Shown piece by piece: positions 63,156-64,000 of a DNA stretch of 64,000 nt. How positions within the stretch are numbered: position 1 is the first letter of the stretch; each line of letters opens with the position of its first letter. The DNA lies in NCBI GenBank assembly GCA_038087875.1, contig CM075981.1:78430001-78494000 (forward strand), read 5' to 3'. The notes under the pieces were generated by a model that had not been told where the DNA came from, did not search any database, and saw only the letters and a program-made list of their open reading frames with translations. The stretch comes from Malacoraja senta. Its lineage: Eukaryota. The translations under genes were made by a program, and so were the position numbers.

Positions 63156-64000
63156 ATCCAAATGCCGTTCCTTCTAAACCAAACACCTTTGCTTCAATTC
63201 ACCTACAATGTTGTTAACAAAGATTATTTGTACCCAGGATAATCAGATCAATAATACTACCCAGATGATATATCCTATTAATCAAGAGAGAGTCAAGAGT
63301 GTTTTTATTGTCATAGGTCCCAGGCAGAACAATGACATTCTTACTTGCAGTTTGCTCCATATTAACATATTGTCCACATTATGTCTTCTGCTCAATGCGT
63401 CGTTAATCAAATAGGAGGAGACACCAAAAGCCGCCGATGCTGGAATCTTGAGCCAAGCGCTATAAGTGCCGGAGTAACTCAGCGGGTCAGGCAGCATCTG
63501 TGGAGGGAATGGACAGACAACGTTTAGAGTTGAGACCTCTCTTGAGATTTTTTTCCCCAACCAAAGAAGAGGTAGAATCGAACGAATAAATATACTTGCT
63601 CCAACAAATAATTTGGACTGTTGAAGTTATTTCGACGGTGGTTTCTTCCGTCCACGAATGAGTTATAACACTGAAATAGCTCCCCTCTCGAAATCAGAAA
63701 AAGTGCGAACGTTGAATAACTTAAAGTCTTGAAGTGAACTCTCCGCTGCAGCGATGTATCCTTTCAAGAGCAACTGACGCCCGCAACTTGTTGTCAATTC
63801 CTCAGTGGTCTTGGAGTGCGGAAAGGACGGCGAGTTTAGATGCAAACTACATGTAAACTCCAAAACTAGATGAGAAGCCTGGAGAATCAGATCCCTGTTC
63901 TTAGACACTGTCCTGGAAACAGGCCATTTGACCCACCGAGCCCGCTCCGACCAACTATCACACACTAACGGCGCACTAACATTATCCTACACACTAGGGA

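Overview
Vertebrate genomic DNA, AT-rich and repeat-rich. The repeat repertoire suggests a cartilaginous fish such as a skate (inference). The + strand carries coding exons 2-18 of the HECT E3 ligase SMURF1 (21783-48064; C2, two WW domains, HECT; all GT-AG introns; the frame stays open across all joins). Exon 1 was not found and probably lies upstream, so most of the first ~21.8 kb is likely intron 1. A repeat-poor candidate long 3'UTR follows (to about 54.9 kb). Tail-to-tail on the - strand is a single-coding-exon urotensin-II-receptor-like GPCR (62112-63155). Mobile DNA includes a near full-length decayed Hero-type (R2 superfamily) non-LTR retrotransposon, CR1 and Rex1 LINE fragments, a Harbinger MITE, a Tc1 end, and many ~100-bp Penelope-derived inserts carrying minimal hammerhead-ribozyme motifs. 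A 200-N gap is preceded by an exact 324-bp duplicate of 8070-8393, probably an assembly overlap. I found no clearly new multi-gene system. The best leads are a vestige of the lost first WW domain in SMURF1, the hammerhead micro-elements, the terminal repeat and structured ends of the Hero element, and the SMURF1-linked UTS2R paralogue.
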